Assembly: GCA_037190965.1 (NCBI GenBank)
Contig: JBBCKI010000064.1
Span: forward strand, 1 to 64,000
Source of the DNA: Chthoniobacteraceae bacterium
GTDB taxonomy: Bacteria; Verrucomicrobiota; Verrucomicrobiia; Chthoniobacterales; Chthoniobacteraceae
Reading direction: 5' to 3'
DNA: 64,000 nt
The notes beneath the pieces were generated by a model. It saw nothing but the letters and a program-made list of their open reading frames with translations. It made no database searches and was not told where the DNA came from. Position numbers and translations under genes: made by a program. Below, in pieces: positions 47,800 to 57,263 of the stretch. The first letter of the stretch is position 1. Each line of letters begins with the position of its first letter.

Positions 47800-48642
47800 G
47801 TGGGAAAAACCATCTGGATCTTCAAAACGCTGGTCATTCTGGGCCTGATCGCGGCCATTTTCATTCCGGCGGCTTATTTTTCCTACGAGCTTTTCGTCAA
47901 GCCCAACCAGATCCCCGCAGAGGAGGCGCTGGGACTGGCGAAGCCGCCGCCCGACCCGAGCCTGCCGGAACTGGAGAAGGCGCTGGCAATCAAGGAGAAG
48001 CACAAGTTGTTGGAGGCGCGGCTTGCCCTGGAGACCTTTCTCGACAATTACCCGTTCTCCACCCGGCTCAATGACGCCAAGGAGGCGCTGGGGCAGATCA
48101 ACACCGATATTTTCTTTTCCGCGATCTCCGCGCCGGAAAAAATCCGCTACGAGGTAAAAAAAGGGGACGCTTTGGTGAAGATCGAGCGGAAGCTCAACAC
48201 GACCCGCGAGCTTTTGATGCGCTGCAACAACCTCGACGATCCCCGGCGGCTGAGCATCGGGCAGGTGCTTTTCGTCAACCAGGTCGATTTTTCCGTGGTG
48301 GTTGATCGCAAGCAGCGGAAAGTGACAATCCTGAATTACTCGCGGTTCTTCAAGCAATACACGCCGGTGGAATGGCATGCCCCGGAACCCAAGGCGGGTA
48401 CCCCGGCCGTGCCGCTCGCCGCCAAGGTGAAGGATAAAATCGCCTGGTATGAAGGGGCCCGGGTCTCCTTCGGCTCCAAGGAGTACGCGGCGAGCACCCG
48501 TTGGGTGGAATTGACCACGCGAGGGTTCACCTTCTACTCCCAACAAGGCCCAAAACCGGATGGAGGAATCGCTTTCTCGGCGGGAGACATGGAAGAACTC
48601 TCGACTTTGCTGGGCAAAAACGTTCCAGTTTCGATCCAGTAA
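47800..48642 (+). CDS. Membrane-anchored LysM protein with degenerate L,D-transpeptidase-like C-terminus
   Basis: N-terminal transmembrane segment; YEVKKGDAL.KI...NNL.DPRRLSIGQVL LysM; GTG start. Confidence 0.8.
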   Translation: MGKTIWIFKTLVILGLIAAIFIPAAYFSYELFVKPNQIPAEEALGLAKPPPDPSLPELEKALAIKEKHKLLEARLALETFLDNYPFSTRLNDAKEALGQINTDIFFSAISAPEKIRYEVKKGDALVKIERKLNTTRELLMRCNNLDDPRRLSIGQVLFVNQVDFSVVVDRKQRKVTILNYSRFFKQYTPVEWHAPEPKAGTPAVPLAAKVKDKIAWYEGARVSFGSKEYAASTRWVELTTRGFTFYSQQGPKPDGGIAFSAGDMEELSTLLGKNVPVSIQ

Positions 48643-48645
48643 CCC

Positions 48646-49608
48646 ATGAAGATTGCACCGCTCGAATTTGAAAAACCGATTATCGAATTGCAGGCCAAGC
48701 TCGACGAGCTGAGGCGGCAGTTCCGCGATCAGGATATCAACCTCGACGCCGAAGTCCGCCATATGGAGACCAGGATCGAGCAGACCAAGCAGGAGATTTA
48801 CAAAAACCTGACAGCCTGGCAGCGGGTGCAGATCGCCCGGCATCCGGCGCGGCCCTTCATGCTCGACTACGTGAATCTCGCCTTCAACGGTTTTGTGGAA
48901 TTGCACGGCGATCGCGCCTTCGGCAATGACTACGCCATGCCCGGCGGCTTTGCCACGCTCGACGACGTGCGCTGCGTGGTGGTCGGCCACCAGAAAGGGC
49001 GCGACGTGAAGGAGAACATCCTCCGCAATTTCGGGAGCGCCCATCCGGAAGGGTATCGCAAGGCCCTGCGGCTCATGAAGATGGGCGAGCGGTTTCACTT
49101 GCCCGTGGTTTCCATGATCGACACCCCCGGAGCCTATCCCGGAGTGGGAGCGGAGGAGCGGCATATCTCCGAGGCCATCGCCGTGAATCTTCGCGAGATG
49201 ATGGTGTTGAAAACGCCGATTGTAGCCGTGGTCATCGGCGAAGGCGGCTCCGGCGGGGCGCTTGGCATCGGCGTGGCGGATCGCGTGTTAATGCTGGAGA
49301 ATTCCTATTATTCGGTCATCAGCCCGGAGGGTTGCGCCGCGATTCTCTGGAAGCACCGTAAACATGCCCCCGAGGCCGCCGAAGCGTTAAAATTGACGGC
49401 GAAGGATCTTGCCGAGTTGAAACTCGTCGATGAGGTGGTGCCTGAACCGCTCGGCGGGGCGCATCACGACCGGCAGGCCGCAGCGGAGAATCTCAAGCAG
49501 ATCGTGCTCAAGCATTTGCGGGAGCTTTCCCAGATCCCGATGGATCAGCTTTTGGCTCAGCGTTACCAGAAATTCCGGCGCGCCGGGGAATTCATGGAGC
49601 CGCAGTAG
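48646..49608 (+). CDS. accA: Acetyl-CoA carboxylase carboxyltransferase alpha subunit
   Basis: LEFEKP, ARHP.RP, ELHGDR, PEGYRKA, DTPGAYPG, GEGGSGGAL, SVISPEG. Confidence 0.97.
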   Translation: MKIAPLEFEKPIIELQAKLDELRRQFRDQDINLDAEVRHMETRIEQTKQEIYKNLTAWQRVQIARHPARPFMLDYVNLAFNGFVELHGDRAFGNDYAMPGGFATLDDVRCVVVGHQKGRDVKENILRNFGSAHPEGYRKALRLMKMGERFHLPVVSMIDTPGAYPGVGAEERHISEAIAVNLREMMVLKTPIVAVVIGEGGSGGALGIGVADRVLMLENSYYSVISPEGCAAILWKHRKHAPEAAEALKLTAKDLAELKLVDEVVPEPLGGAHHDRQAAAENLKQIVLKHLRELSQIPMDQLLAQRYQKFRRAGEFMEPQ

Positions 49609-49627
49609 GCTGAAGGGGGGCGGGCGA

Positions 49628-49861
49628 TCAGAGCAGATCTTCCGAGGCGACGCTGGTTTGGGCGCGGGTGCTCAGGAGGCGGGCCTGTTCCACCACCGCG
49701 TCGGGATCTTCGTTGAACCGATAGCCGTGGCAATTCGGGCAGGTAACGACGCGGGCAGTCACGATGGAATCACACCCTTCGCAGACTTTGTATTCCGTCG
49801 GGCGGGTGATGATTTTTTCGGCTTTGCGGGCGCGTTCTGCAAGATGGCTCTCTTCCGGCAT
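49628..49861 (-). CDS. Small zinc-ribbon protein
   Basis: CEGC...CPNC in a 77-aa ORF. Confidence 0.75.
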   Translation of the reverse strand: MPEESHLAERARKAEKIITRPTEYKVCEGCDSIVTARVVTCPNCHGYRFNEDPDAVVEQARLLSTRAQTSVASEDLL

Positions 49862-49927
49862 GTGCGTGAAAATCATCCGCCCTGATGCCGAATGCAAGGA
49901 TTATCCCGATCTCGGAATTCGGGGTTT

Positions 49928-50092
49928 AACCCTAACTCCGACGTTAATCGCGGCGATCTGACGCAATTTGTTGGCCGCGAGTGCCTTTCGTCAGAGGCTC
50001 ACCATATCTAAAAATACGCTTCGCCCTTCCTCAAGTCATCGCGACTCAACCTTTTGCGCCAGCTCATCCGCTCCAACATCGGAGTTAAGGTT
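49928..50092. repeat. 165-nt rod-like palindromic element / candidate structured RNA, copy 2
   Basis: aaccctaactccga...tcggagttaaggtt; loops shared with 32308-32472. Confidence 0.8.
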
Positions 50093-50224
50093 TAATCGGA
50101 TCATTTGACTTGCCGCCCGGTTCGCGCTTAACTCCCCGCGCCGATAAGTTCCTCCGCCACCACTATTTCCGATGTCAACGATCCCAGTCGCCCGGTTTCA
50201 CTTTCCAAGGGAGGCCCGCCCGTA

Positions 50225-51226
50225 ATGAGTCTCGCTTCTTCCAAAACCCAGGCCGAACTGGCCGCCTCGCAGCGTTTCGAAAAGACGGTCGCGCTGTTTA
50301 CCGTGATCACGCCGTTCCTCGGGGTCATGGCCGCGATGGTGCTTCTTTACGGCGGCAATTACCTGCACGCCGTCGATCTTTGGGGTTTTTTCGCGATGTT
50401 CGTGTTCACCACCTACGGGCTGACAATGGGGTACCATCGGCTCTTCACGCACAAGAGCTTCCGCTGTGTCGCTCCCGTCAAGGCGGCCCTTTGCATCGGC
50501 GGGACGATGGCCGCGCAGGGTTCCGTCGTGTTCTGGGTGGCCCATCATCGCAAGCACCACATGCACAGCGATGAGATCGATGACCCCCATTCGCCGCATT
50601 TCGCGGGCGGCGGCCTCAAGGGGCTCTGCCTCGGCTGGTGGCATTCGCACCTTGGCTGGATGTTCGTCAACGAGCCGATCAACTACTTCCGCCTCGCCCC
50701 CGATCTTCTTCGCGACCCGCTGGTGATGCGGATTACCAAACGCTATTTCTTCTGGGTGATCGCCGGGATCGTTCTGCCGGGCATCGTCAGCGCGCTGGTC
50801 ACGCAGTCCTGGATGGGATTGGTGACCGGGATGCTGTGGGGCGGGCTGGTGCGGATTTTCGTCGTGCACCACACCACCTGGAGCATCAACTCCATTTGCC
50901 ACATGTTCGGCGCGTCTCCTTTCGACAGCAAAGACGAGAGCCGCAACAATGTTGCCTGCGCCCTGCTGACCTTCGGCGAGGGGTGGCATAATAATCACCA
51001 CGCTTTCCCGACCTCCGCGCGCCACGGTCTCTTCTGGTGGCAGCTCGATATGGTCTACATCCTCATCAAGACGCTTTCGGCGATTGGGCTGGCGTCCGAC
51101 ATCCGGTTGCCTGATCCCAAGCAGATGGAAGCGCGGCGGCGTTCGGCGAAGGCTGTGTCCGCACAGGAGGATGCGTCCGAAGCGACGGAAGCCGCGGCCG
51201 TGGAAGGCGAGACAGTTTCGCCTTAA
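50225..51226 (+). CDS. Acyl-CoA delta-9 desaturase
   Basis: GYHRLFTH, HRKHH, DPHSP, GEGWHNNHH. Confidence 0.93.
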   Translation: MSLASSKTQAELAASQRFEKTVALFTVITPFLGVMAAMVLLYGGNYLHAVDLWGFFAMFVFTTYGLTMGYHRLFTHKSFRCVAPVKAALCIGGTMAAQGSVVFWVAHHRKHHMHSDEIDDPHSPHFAGGGLKGLCLGWWHSHLGWMFVNEPINYFRLAPDLLRDPLVMRITKRYFFWVIAGIVLPGIVSALVTQSWMGLVTGMLWGGLVRIFVVHHTTWSINSICHMFGASPFDSKDESRNNVACALLTFGEGWHNNHHAFPTSARHGLFWWQLDMVYILIKTLSAIGLASDIRLPDPKQMEARRRSAKAVSAQEDASEATEAAAVEGETVSP

Positions 51227-51257
51227 TGAAAACAAAATTGAGGGCCTTCGGCCGGGG

Positions 51258-51359
51258 CGGCGTCGTGTAACTCCGCCCTCCGAAGATCGCGCGGCAAGCG
51301 CGCAGGATGGGCGTTGGTAGGCAAATAACCCCAACGGAGGGCGGAGCTCCGCGACGCCG
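51258..51359. repeat. REPIN-like element, family A
   Basis: Inverted arms; spacer (cgcgcggcaagcgcgc...aaata..ccaac) resembles that of the copy at 1-95. Confidence 0.85.
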
Positions 51360-51382
51360 TTGCATTCGGCGTCGATCCCAAC

Positions 51383-51583
51383 CTATCCTCCCGCCGCAAT
51401 TCGCAGGATCTCCAACCGGTCGCCATCGGCCAAGGCGCAGCCTTCCCACTCCGTGCGATGCAGGGCGCATTCGTTATGTTCGACCAGGAGCGTCTGAGGC
51501 GCGAGGCCGAGGGCCTCGATTAATTCGGGCAAAGTGCGGACGCCGGGGAATTCGCGAGGTTCGCCGTTAAGGGTGAGTTTCAT
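51383..51583 (-). CDS. thiS: Sulfur carrier protein
   Basis: LNGE start; GDRLEI; C-terminal GG. Confidence 0.92.
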   Translation of the reverse strand: MKLTLNGEPREFPGVRTLPELIEALGLAPQTLLVEHNECALHRTEWEGCALADGDRLEILRIAAGG

Positions 51584-51596
51584 GATTTGGGGGGGC

Positions 51597-52730
51597 TCAG
51601 GCCGCGCTTGAATCAGCCATCAAAATGCCCGGGTCCCAATCCTTCCAGACCGGTTCGTAGCCACGCGACCGGAGCAGGGCGGCAATTTCCGCCGGAGAGC
51701 GGGGATCGGAAATCTCGAACTGCGGGGTGGCACCCTCTTCGGCTTCGGCCGGGTTTTCCAGCGCGACCTGCTTGCCCCGGACGGTTTGATGCAACGCCTC
51801 CCGGCCCTGTCCCGTATAGCCGCCCGGTTCCGTATGGCTCCCGGCGCTCATCATGGTGACGCCAAGGGGGATCAGCGAATCCCGAAGCTCGGGAGTCTCC
51901 CGGGTGCTCAGGACGATGCCGACCTGCGGAAAACAGAGGCGCATGGCGCAGACCAGCTGAACGAACTCGCGATCCGGCAGCGTGAAGCGCGGCTGGAACC
52001 CGCCTGCGGCGGGGCGCATCCGGGGGAAGGAGACGGTGAACTGCGCCTTCCAGCAATGCTTGAGGAGGTGCTCCAGATGGGCCGCGAGCGCCATTGCCTC
52101 TTCCTTCCAATGCCAGAGCCCGAAGAGCGCGCCGATGCCGATCCGGCGGAATCCCGCCGCGTAAGCGCGCTCCGGGCAGGCCAGCCGCCAGAAAAAGTCT
52201 TTCTTGGGGCCGCTGACGTGAAGCTCCTGATAGGTCGGCACGTGATAGGTCTCCTGATAGACGACAAGCCCCTCCGCGCCCGCCTTCACGAGCGGGATGT
52301 ATTCCTCGGTCTCCATCGGGGCGACTTCGAGCGACAGGCTCGGGACTTCCGGGGCCAGCGCCTGCACGCACCGTTCCAGATAGCCGTTGGAGACGAACTT
52401 CGGGTGTTCTCCCGCGACAAGGAGAAGATTGCGGAATCCCTCATCCATGAGATGCCTCGCCTCTTTCCTCATCTGTTCCACATCGAGCGTTACACGGAGG
52501 ATCGGGTTATCCCGAGAGAAACCGCAGTAAGTGCAGGTGTTGATGCACTCGTTGGAAAGATAGAGGGGCGCGAAAAGGCGCATTGCCTTTCCAAAATGAG
52601 CCAGCGTGGTGTAATGCGCCTGCTGCGCCATCGACTCCAATTCGGAGTCGGGCTTCGGTTCGAGCAGTTGGGCGAACCGGCGCATCAATGGCGATGGCGC
52701 CAGCGTAGGATAGAGATCGGCAAAACTCAT
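51597..52730 (-). CDS. thiH: 2-iminoacetate synthase (radical SAM)
   Basis: APLYLSNECINTCTYCGF, YQETY, SFPR.RP, LSTRE, SAGS.TEPGGY, WKDWD. Confidence 0.95.
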   Translation of the reverse strand: MSFADLYPTLAPSPLMRRFAQLLEPKPDSELESMAQQAHYTTLAHFGKAMRLFAPLYLSNECINTCTYCGFSRDNPILRVTLDVEQMRKEARHLMDEGFRNLLLVAGEHPKFVSNGYLERCVQALAPEVPSLSLEVAPMETEEYIPLVKAGAEGLVVYQETYHVPTYQELHVSGPKKDFFWRLACPERAYAAGFRRIGIGALFGLWHWKEEAMALAAHLEHLLKHCWKAQFTVSFPRMRPAAGGFQPRFTLPDREFVQLVCAMRLCFPQVGIVLSTRETPELRDSLIPLGVTMMSAGSHTEPGGYTGQGREALHQTVRGKQVALENPAEAEEGATPQFEISDPRSPAEIAALLRSRGYEPVWKDWDPGILMADSSAA

Positions 52731-52824
52731 CGGCGGCGATCATGAAATCGAAGACGAACAAAGACAAGACCTTGATGGGAGGGGCGGGTTGCCTGCCCAC
52801 CTTCGAATTTGGGGTGGGACCGCG

Positions 52825-53547
52825 ATGATTTACCCCTTGAACAACCGCCTTGTCGTCCTGGTCATTCGCGTCTTTGCGTGGGGCGTGCGATGGACGCTGC
52901 GCCGCCGCTTCTACGGCGTCTATGTGCGCGGAACGCCTCCCGCCCTGCAGCCCGGGCAGCCGGTGATCTTTTGCGTCAACCACACGAATTGGTGGGATGG
53001 GTTTGCCATCGCCTCGTTGCTCCCGCTGTTCCCCAAAAAGCGTTTCTATGTGGCGCAATATGAGAAGCTGCTCGCGCGGTATCGCTTCCTCCGGTGGTTT
53101 GGGGCCTTCGGGCTGGATCTGGACGGCTCGGCGCTGCCGGGGCTTCGGTATGCGCTGAAGCTTCTGCGGGATCCGGACAATGTCCTCTGGATCTTTCCCC
53201 AGGGGATGCTTCTGCCGCAATGGATCCCCATCCGCATCAAGCCGGGCGCTTTTTGGCTCGCCCGGCGGAGCGGGGCCGTGGTGGTCCCGGTGGCGTTCCG
53301 TTATGAATGGATGGTGGAATCGCGTCCAAGCCTGTTCATCAGTTTCGGGGAGCCGCTGCCCCCTGAGGCCCCGGACGCAGTGCTGGAGGCGGCGCTTCAA
53401 CGGCTTTACGACGGGATCGGCGAGACACTTGCGCCGGTTGATCTCACATCCTACCATCCCCTGTTTACGCCGCGCCTTTCGATGAATAAACTTTGGGATT
53501 GGCTTCGGTGTTTTGGCAGCAACTCCTTCAATCCTCGCAACGAATGA
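52825..53547 (+). CDS. LPLAT-family acyltransferase (CruD-like)
   Basis: NHTNWWDG, WIFPQG, VVPVA. Confidence 0.82.
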   Translation: MIYPLNNRLVVLVIRVFAWGVRWTLRRRFYGVYVRGTPPALQPGQPVIFCVNHTNWWDGFAIASLLPLFPKKRFYVAQYEKLLARYRFLRWFGAFGLDLDGSALPGLRYALKLLRDPDNVLWIFPQGMLLPQWIPIRIKPGAFWLARRSGAVVVPVAFRYEWMVESRPSLFISFGEPLPPEAPDAVLEAALQRLYDGIGETLAPVDLTSYHPLFTPRLSMNKLWDWLRCFGSNSFNPRNE

Positions 53548-53554
53548 TCGCCCA

Positions 53555-54727
53555 ATGATTGTCTATCAGGCTGTAATCCTCCTCTTTCTCTTCGGTTGTT
53601 TGGCGATGATGTTCTGGAATCTCAGCGCGTTCCGGTCGGTGCGGCTGCTGGATGAAATGCCCGGGGAAGACGCGCCGCTGGTTTCCGTGTTGGTTCCCGC
53701 GCGCAATGAGGCGTTGCGGATCGGCCCGTGCGCTTCTTCGCTCGCCTGCCAGCGGTATCCGAACTTCGAGGTCCTTGTGCTCGACGATCATTCCGAAGAT
53801 GGGACCGCCGGGGTGCTGCGGGATTTGGGGTACTCGGACGACCCTTCCGCGCGGCTTCGGATCCTAACCGGGCAGCCGCTGCCTGCCGGTTGGACCGGCA
53901 AAGGGTGGGCCTGTCACCAACTCGCCGCGGCCGCCAAGGGCGAGTACCTCCTTTTTATCGACGCCGATACCGAGCATGCCCCGCAGATGCTGGCCTCCAC
54001 GGTGGCCATGGCGCGGGAGACCGGGGCGGATCTCCTCTCCGCATGGCCTCGTCTCCTGGCCTTCACCTGGAGCGAAAAGGCGATCCTCCCGATGCTTCAT
54101 GTCGCCTTCGTCTACTACCCGCACGCGCTCTGGGAGTGGATCCAGAGCACTCCCGAGCGGCTCCAGAGCGTTTCCGCAGAGAGGCGGCGGGCGATGGGGG
54201 CGGCCAATGGGCAGTTCATTTTTTTCCGCAGGACCGCGTACGAACAGGTCGGCGGGCATGCCGATTGCCGCAGCCATATGGTGGAGGATCTCGCCCTCGG
54301 GCGCGCCACCGCAAGGGCGGGGTTGCGGCTCGTCAATTGCGACGGATCCGCCATTTCGCGCGTGCGGATGTATACCTGTTTTTCCGAAGTATGGGAGGGG
54401 TTCACCAAGAACATCCGCGCGGCTTTCGAGAACGCGCTGGCCATGTATTTTCTGACCGGGACGGTGCTCTGCGCCACCTTCCTGCTCCCGTTTGTATTCG
54501 TCTGGTTTACTGAAGGGTTGGCCCGGTGGCTGGTGCTGGGACAGATCGCGGTGATTTATGCCATCCGCATCCGCCTGACCGTGCGCTTCGGGACCTCGTG
54601 GCTCGGTTGTCTTCTCCATCCCGTCGGGCAGGCGTTGACGACCGCCATCGCGCTCAACTCCTGGCGTTGCAGCGCCGGGAAGGGGGTGACCTGGAAGGGG
54701 CGGCGGTACGATGTCGTCCATCCTTAG
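53555..54727 (+). CDS. Glycosyltransferase family 2 (CruC/CrtQ/HpnB-like)
   Basis: VSVLVPARNE, DDHSEDGT, LPAGWTGK.WAC.Q, FIDAD, ANGQ, VEDL, WKGR.Y. Confidence 0.88.
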   Translation: MIVYQAVILLFLFGCLAMMFWNLSAFRSVRLLDEMPGEDAPLVSVLVPARNEALRIGPCASSLACQRYPNFEVLVLDDHSEDGTAGVLRDLGYSDDPSARLRILTGQPLPAGWTGKGWACHQLAAAAKGEYLLFIDADTEHAPQMLASTVAMARETGADLLSAWPRLLAFTWSEKAILPMLHVAFVYYPHALWEWIQSTPERLQSVSAERRRAMGAANGQFIFFRRTAYEQVGGHADCRSHMVEDLALGRATARAGLRLVNCDGSAISRVRMYTCFSEVWEGFTKNIRAAFENALAMYFLTGTVLCATFLLPFVFVWFTEGLARWLVLGQIAVIYAIRIRLTVRFGTSWLGCLLHPVGQALTTAIALNSWRCSAGKGVTWKGRRYDVVHP

Positions 54728-54754
54728 AGATAGTGGGGCGCGATATGAGTGGGG

Positions 54755-55018
54755 ATGTATCATCTCCTCATTCGCCAGAAAGTCGCCGATTACGACCAGT
54801 GGTGGGCGTTCCATCAGTCCACGCGCCCCTCGCGCGATCTGGCGGGGCTGGAGGAGAGAAACGTGTTTCGCAATCTCAGCGATCCCGACGAAGTCTTCCT
54901 GCTCTTCGCCTTCCACGATCTCATGAAAGCGGAGTCGTACGTGGCCAGGCTTGACTACCCTCCGCATTTGAAGGAAGCCGGAGTTGTCGACCGGCCCGAT
55001 GCCTATTTTTTAACCTGA
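54755..55018 (+). CDS. Small dimeric alpha/beta-barrel (cyclase/ABM-like) protein
   Basis: KV.DYD.W...F, VFR...DP.EV, AGVVD.P pattern. Confidence 0.7.
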   Translation: MYHLLIRQKVADYDQWWAFHQSTRPSRDLAGLEERNVFRNLSDPDEVFLLFAFHDLMKAESYVARLDYPPHLKEAGVVDRPDAYFLT

Positions 55019-55111
55019 AGGCGGGTGGAAACGCGAGCGGATAATTCGCAGGCGTCCCTTCCAGTTTCGCTTGGCAAGCGCGATCGCACTCGATAACCAC
55101 GCTTCCAGCAG

Positions 55112-55858
55112 ATGGAATGGTTACTCGATCCGCAAGTTTGGTTCAGCCTCGCGACTTTGACTTTTCTGGAAATCGTCCTTGGCATTGATAACATTATCTT
55201 CATCTCGATCCTCGCCAACAAGGTACGGCCGGATCAACGGGCGCGGGCGCGTCAACTGGGGATCGCCTTTGCGCTGATCACCCGTGTGTTGCTGCTTTGC
55301 GCGTTGGCATGGTTGATTGGGTTGACGAAACCGCTCTTTGAGGTGCTCGGGCATTCCGTTTCCGGCAAGGACCTCATCCTCCTGATCGGGGGATTGTTCC
55401 TCATCGCCAAAAGCACGCATGAGATTCACGGTACCCTGGAAGGAGAAGAGGTGGCCGACGTTATCGGCGTTCAAGGGAAGTCGGCCGGTCTTCTGTCCGT
55501 CGCCATTCAAATCGGGCTCATGGACATCATCTTCTCGCTCGATTCGGTGATCACGGCCGTCGGCATCGCCCAGCATCTTCCTGTGATGATCGCGGCGGTG
55601 GTGCTGGCCATGGCGGTGATGCTCTTGCTTGCCGGCCCGATCAGCGCCTTCGTGGATCGTCACCCGACCGTCAAGATGTTGGCGCTCAGCTTTCTGATTC
55701 TCATCGGGGTGGTGCTGGTTGCCGACGGCTTCGGCCAACACATTCCGAAGGGGTATATCTACTTCGCGATGGCTTTCTCGATGGGAGTCGAGATGCTCAA
55801 CATCAAGGTCCGCAAGAAGCGCAAGCCGGTGCACCTGCGGAGCCGTGTTGGGGATTAG
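55112..55858 (+). CDS. TerC-family membrane protein
   Basis: LEIVLGIDNIIFI, GGLFL..KST.EI, DIIFSLDSVITAVG, PKGYIYFAMAFS. Confidence 0.93.
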   Translation: MEWLLDPQVWFSLATLTFLEIVLGIDNIIFISILANKVRPDQRARARQLGIAFALITRVLLLCALAWLIGLTKPLFEVLGHSVSGKDLILLIGGLFLIAKSTHEIHGTLEGEEVADVIGVQGKSAGLLSVAIQIGLMDIIFSLDSVITAVGIAQHLPVMIAAVVLAMAVMLLLAGPISAFVDRHPTVKMLALSFLILIGVVLVADGFGQHIPKGYIYFAMAFSMGVEMLNIKVRKKRKPVHLRSRVGD

Positions 55859-55882
55859 TCCCAAACCGGAAACGCCATTCAC

Positions 55883-55958
55883 CTCGCGCCAAGGACGCCA
55901 AGCTCCCCAAGTCTTCAGAATCTTCCAACCTTGGCGGGCTTGGCGTTCTTGGCGCGAG
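55883..55958. repeat. Long imperfect hairpin built from GCCAAG units (REP-like)
   Basis: ctcgcgccaaggacgccaag...cttggcgttcttggcgcgag. Confidence 0.7.
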
Positions 55959-56023
55959 ACAAAAGCCGGTGGATCATTCTGTGGTTGCCCCGGGGAGTGG
56001 TTTATGCTTTGTTATACCGAGAC

Positions 56024-56203
56024 ATGGCAACCAACGCATCCTTCCAATCTTTTGAGATGGCGGGCCCGCTTTCCGGCGGTGGGCGTTGCATGTCCATCCA
56101 GCGCCCTGCCCAGCAGGTTCTGCCCTTCGTGCTGTTCAAGCGCATGGAGCGGACGAAGCGCTTCTCCCACCGACTCGCGGCTTGCCGCCAGTCGTGGGAA
56201 TAG
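56024..56203 (+). CDS. Possible small ORF / leader peptide upstream of rnk
   Basis: 59-codon ORF starting just after an AT-rich promoter-like stretch; no recognisable homology. Confidence 0.3.
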   Translation: MATNASFQSFEMAGPLSGGGRCMSIQRPAQQVLPFVLFKRMERTKRFSHRLAACRQSWE

Positions 56204-56343
56204 AGCCAAGCCGCTCTAAGAGTTCACTCTATTCCCCGGATTTCTCCGAAAGAGAGACGCCGCTTTCCATTCCCCCTTTATCCAAACCCTTATCGGGCGT
56301 TGCCTGCCTGCAAACTGAACTGAAAACTTCCAATAGTACACGT

Positions 56344-56754
56344 ATGAACAACCGTATCTATATCTCCGAACGGGATGCGAAACGCATCAAAGCGCTGGTC
56401 GATACCGCACCGAGAGTGGATCCTCGCACGCGCGAGTATATGGCCCGGCTGGAGGCTGAGCTGAACCGTGCCAAGATCGTGCCGGAAGACAAGCTGCCTC
56501 ACGATGTCATCACCTTGAATTCTCAGGTGGAGCTTGAGGACCTCTCGGACGGCGAAATCATGAACTACGTCCTCGTTTTCCCCGAGGAGGCCGACGCGTC
56601 GGAAGGAAAGATTTCCATTCTGGCTCCCTTGGGAACCGGGATGCTCGGTTATCAGGCCGGCGACGAGTTCTCCTGGGAGACCCCTGGAGGCAAGGTCCGC
56701 TTGAAAGTGCGTAAAGTCGCCCCCCGGGAAGTAAAAGCGGGGCTGGGGCTATAG
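56344..56754 (+). CDS. rnk: Nucleoside diphosphate kinase regulator (GreA/B-like)
   Basis: IYIS..D..R, EL.RA.IV, P.DVITLNS, LVFP, ISILAPLGT.MLG. Confidence 0.9.
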   Translation: MNNRIYISERDAKRIKALVDTAPRVDPRTREYMARLEAELNRAKIVPEDKLPHDVITLNSQVELEDLSDGEIMNYVLVFPEEADASEGKISILAPLGTGMLGYQAGDEFSWETPGGKVRLKVRKVAPREVKAGLGL

Positions 56755-56786
56755 CTCTGGCACAAAAAAACCAGAATTTGAAATGA

Positions 56787-56825
56787 TTCGGGCTCGTAGT
56801 TCCTTTTGGGGGCTACGAGCCCGAA
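56787..56825. terminator. Hairpin downstream of rnk
   Basis: ttcgggctcgtag...ctacgagcccgaa. Confidence 0.55.
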
Positions 56826-56849
56826 CGACGTAAGGACATAAGATCACAC

Positions 56850-57263
56850 ATGACGGAGACTTGTTACACAGCGCCTTCCCGTGAGTGCGTGGAGTGGGCT
56901 CGCCGGGTTAACAGCCGGTGGTTGGTGCATGAGGGCTTGAACGAGACGGCCCGGATGTATCTGGACCATCTGGCCGACACGGACCCCCGGCGCTTGGAGA
57001 AGTCGTGCTGGATCGCCCGGGCGCTCGTCCGTCAAAACCGTGACACTGAGGACCCCAAGCCCCGCTTCTACGGCGGGCTGTTTTGCCTCGCCACCCCGGA
57101 GGAAGCCCAGCGTTTCTTCAGTGATCGCCTTTTCATCGCGGCTCTTTGGCCCGGCCTTGAGTTGTCTTCAGCCCACGTTGAGAAGTTGAGCGAGGAGACG
57201 GTCCGGAAACTGGCGGCCCTTCGCGAGGAGATCGTTCGGGTCAAAACGCAAATCCAAAGCTGA
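56850..57263 (+). CDS. Hypothetical protein
   Basis: 137-aa ORF with AAGGA upstream; 3' end overlaps the convergent tamA. Confidence 0.7.
   Translation: MTETCYTAPSRECVEWARRVNSRWLVHEGLNETARMYLDHLADTDPRRLEKSCWIARALVRQNRDTEDPKPRFYGGLFCLATPEEAQRFFSDRLFIAALWPGLELSSAHVEKLSEETVRKLAALREEIVRVKTQIQS

Noticed and set aside
52730..52825. TPP riboswitch upstream of thiH
   Set aside because: The gap is under 100 bp, is shared with a divergent gene, and lacks the CTGAGA core.
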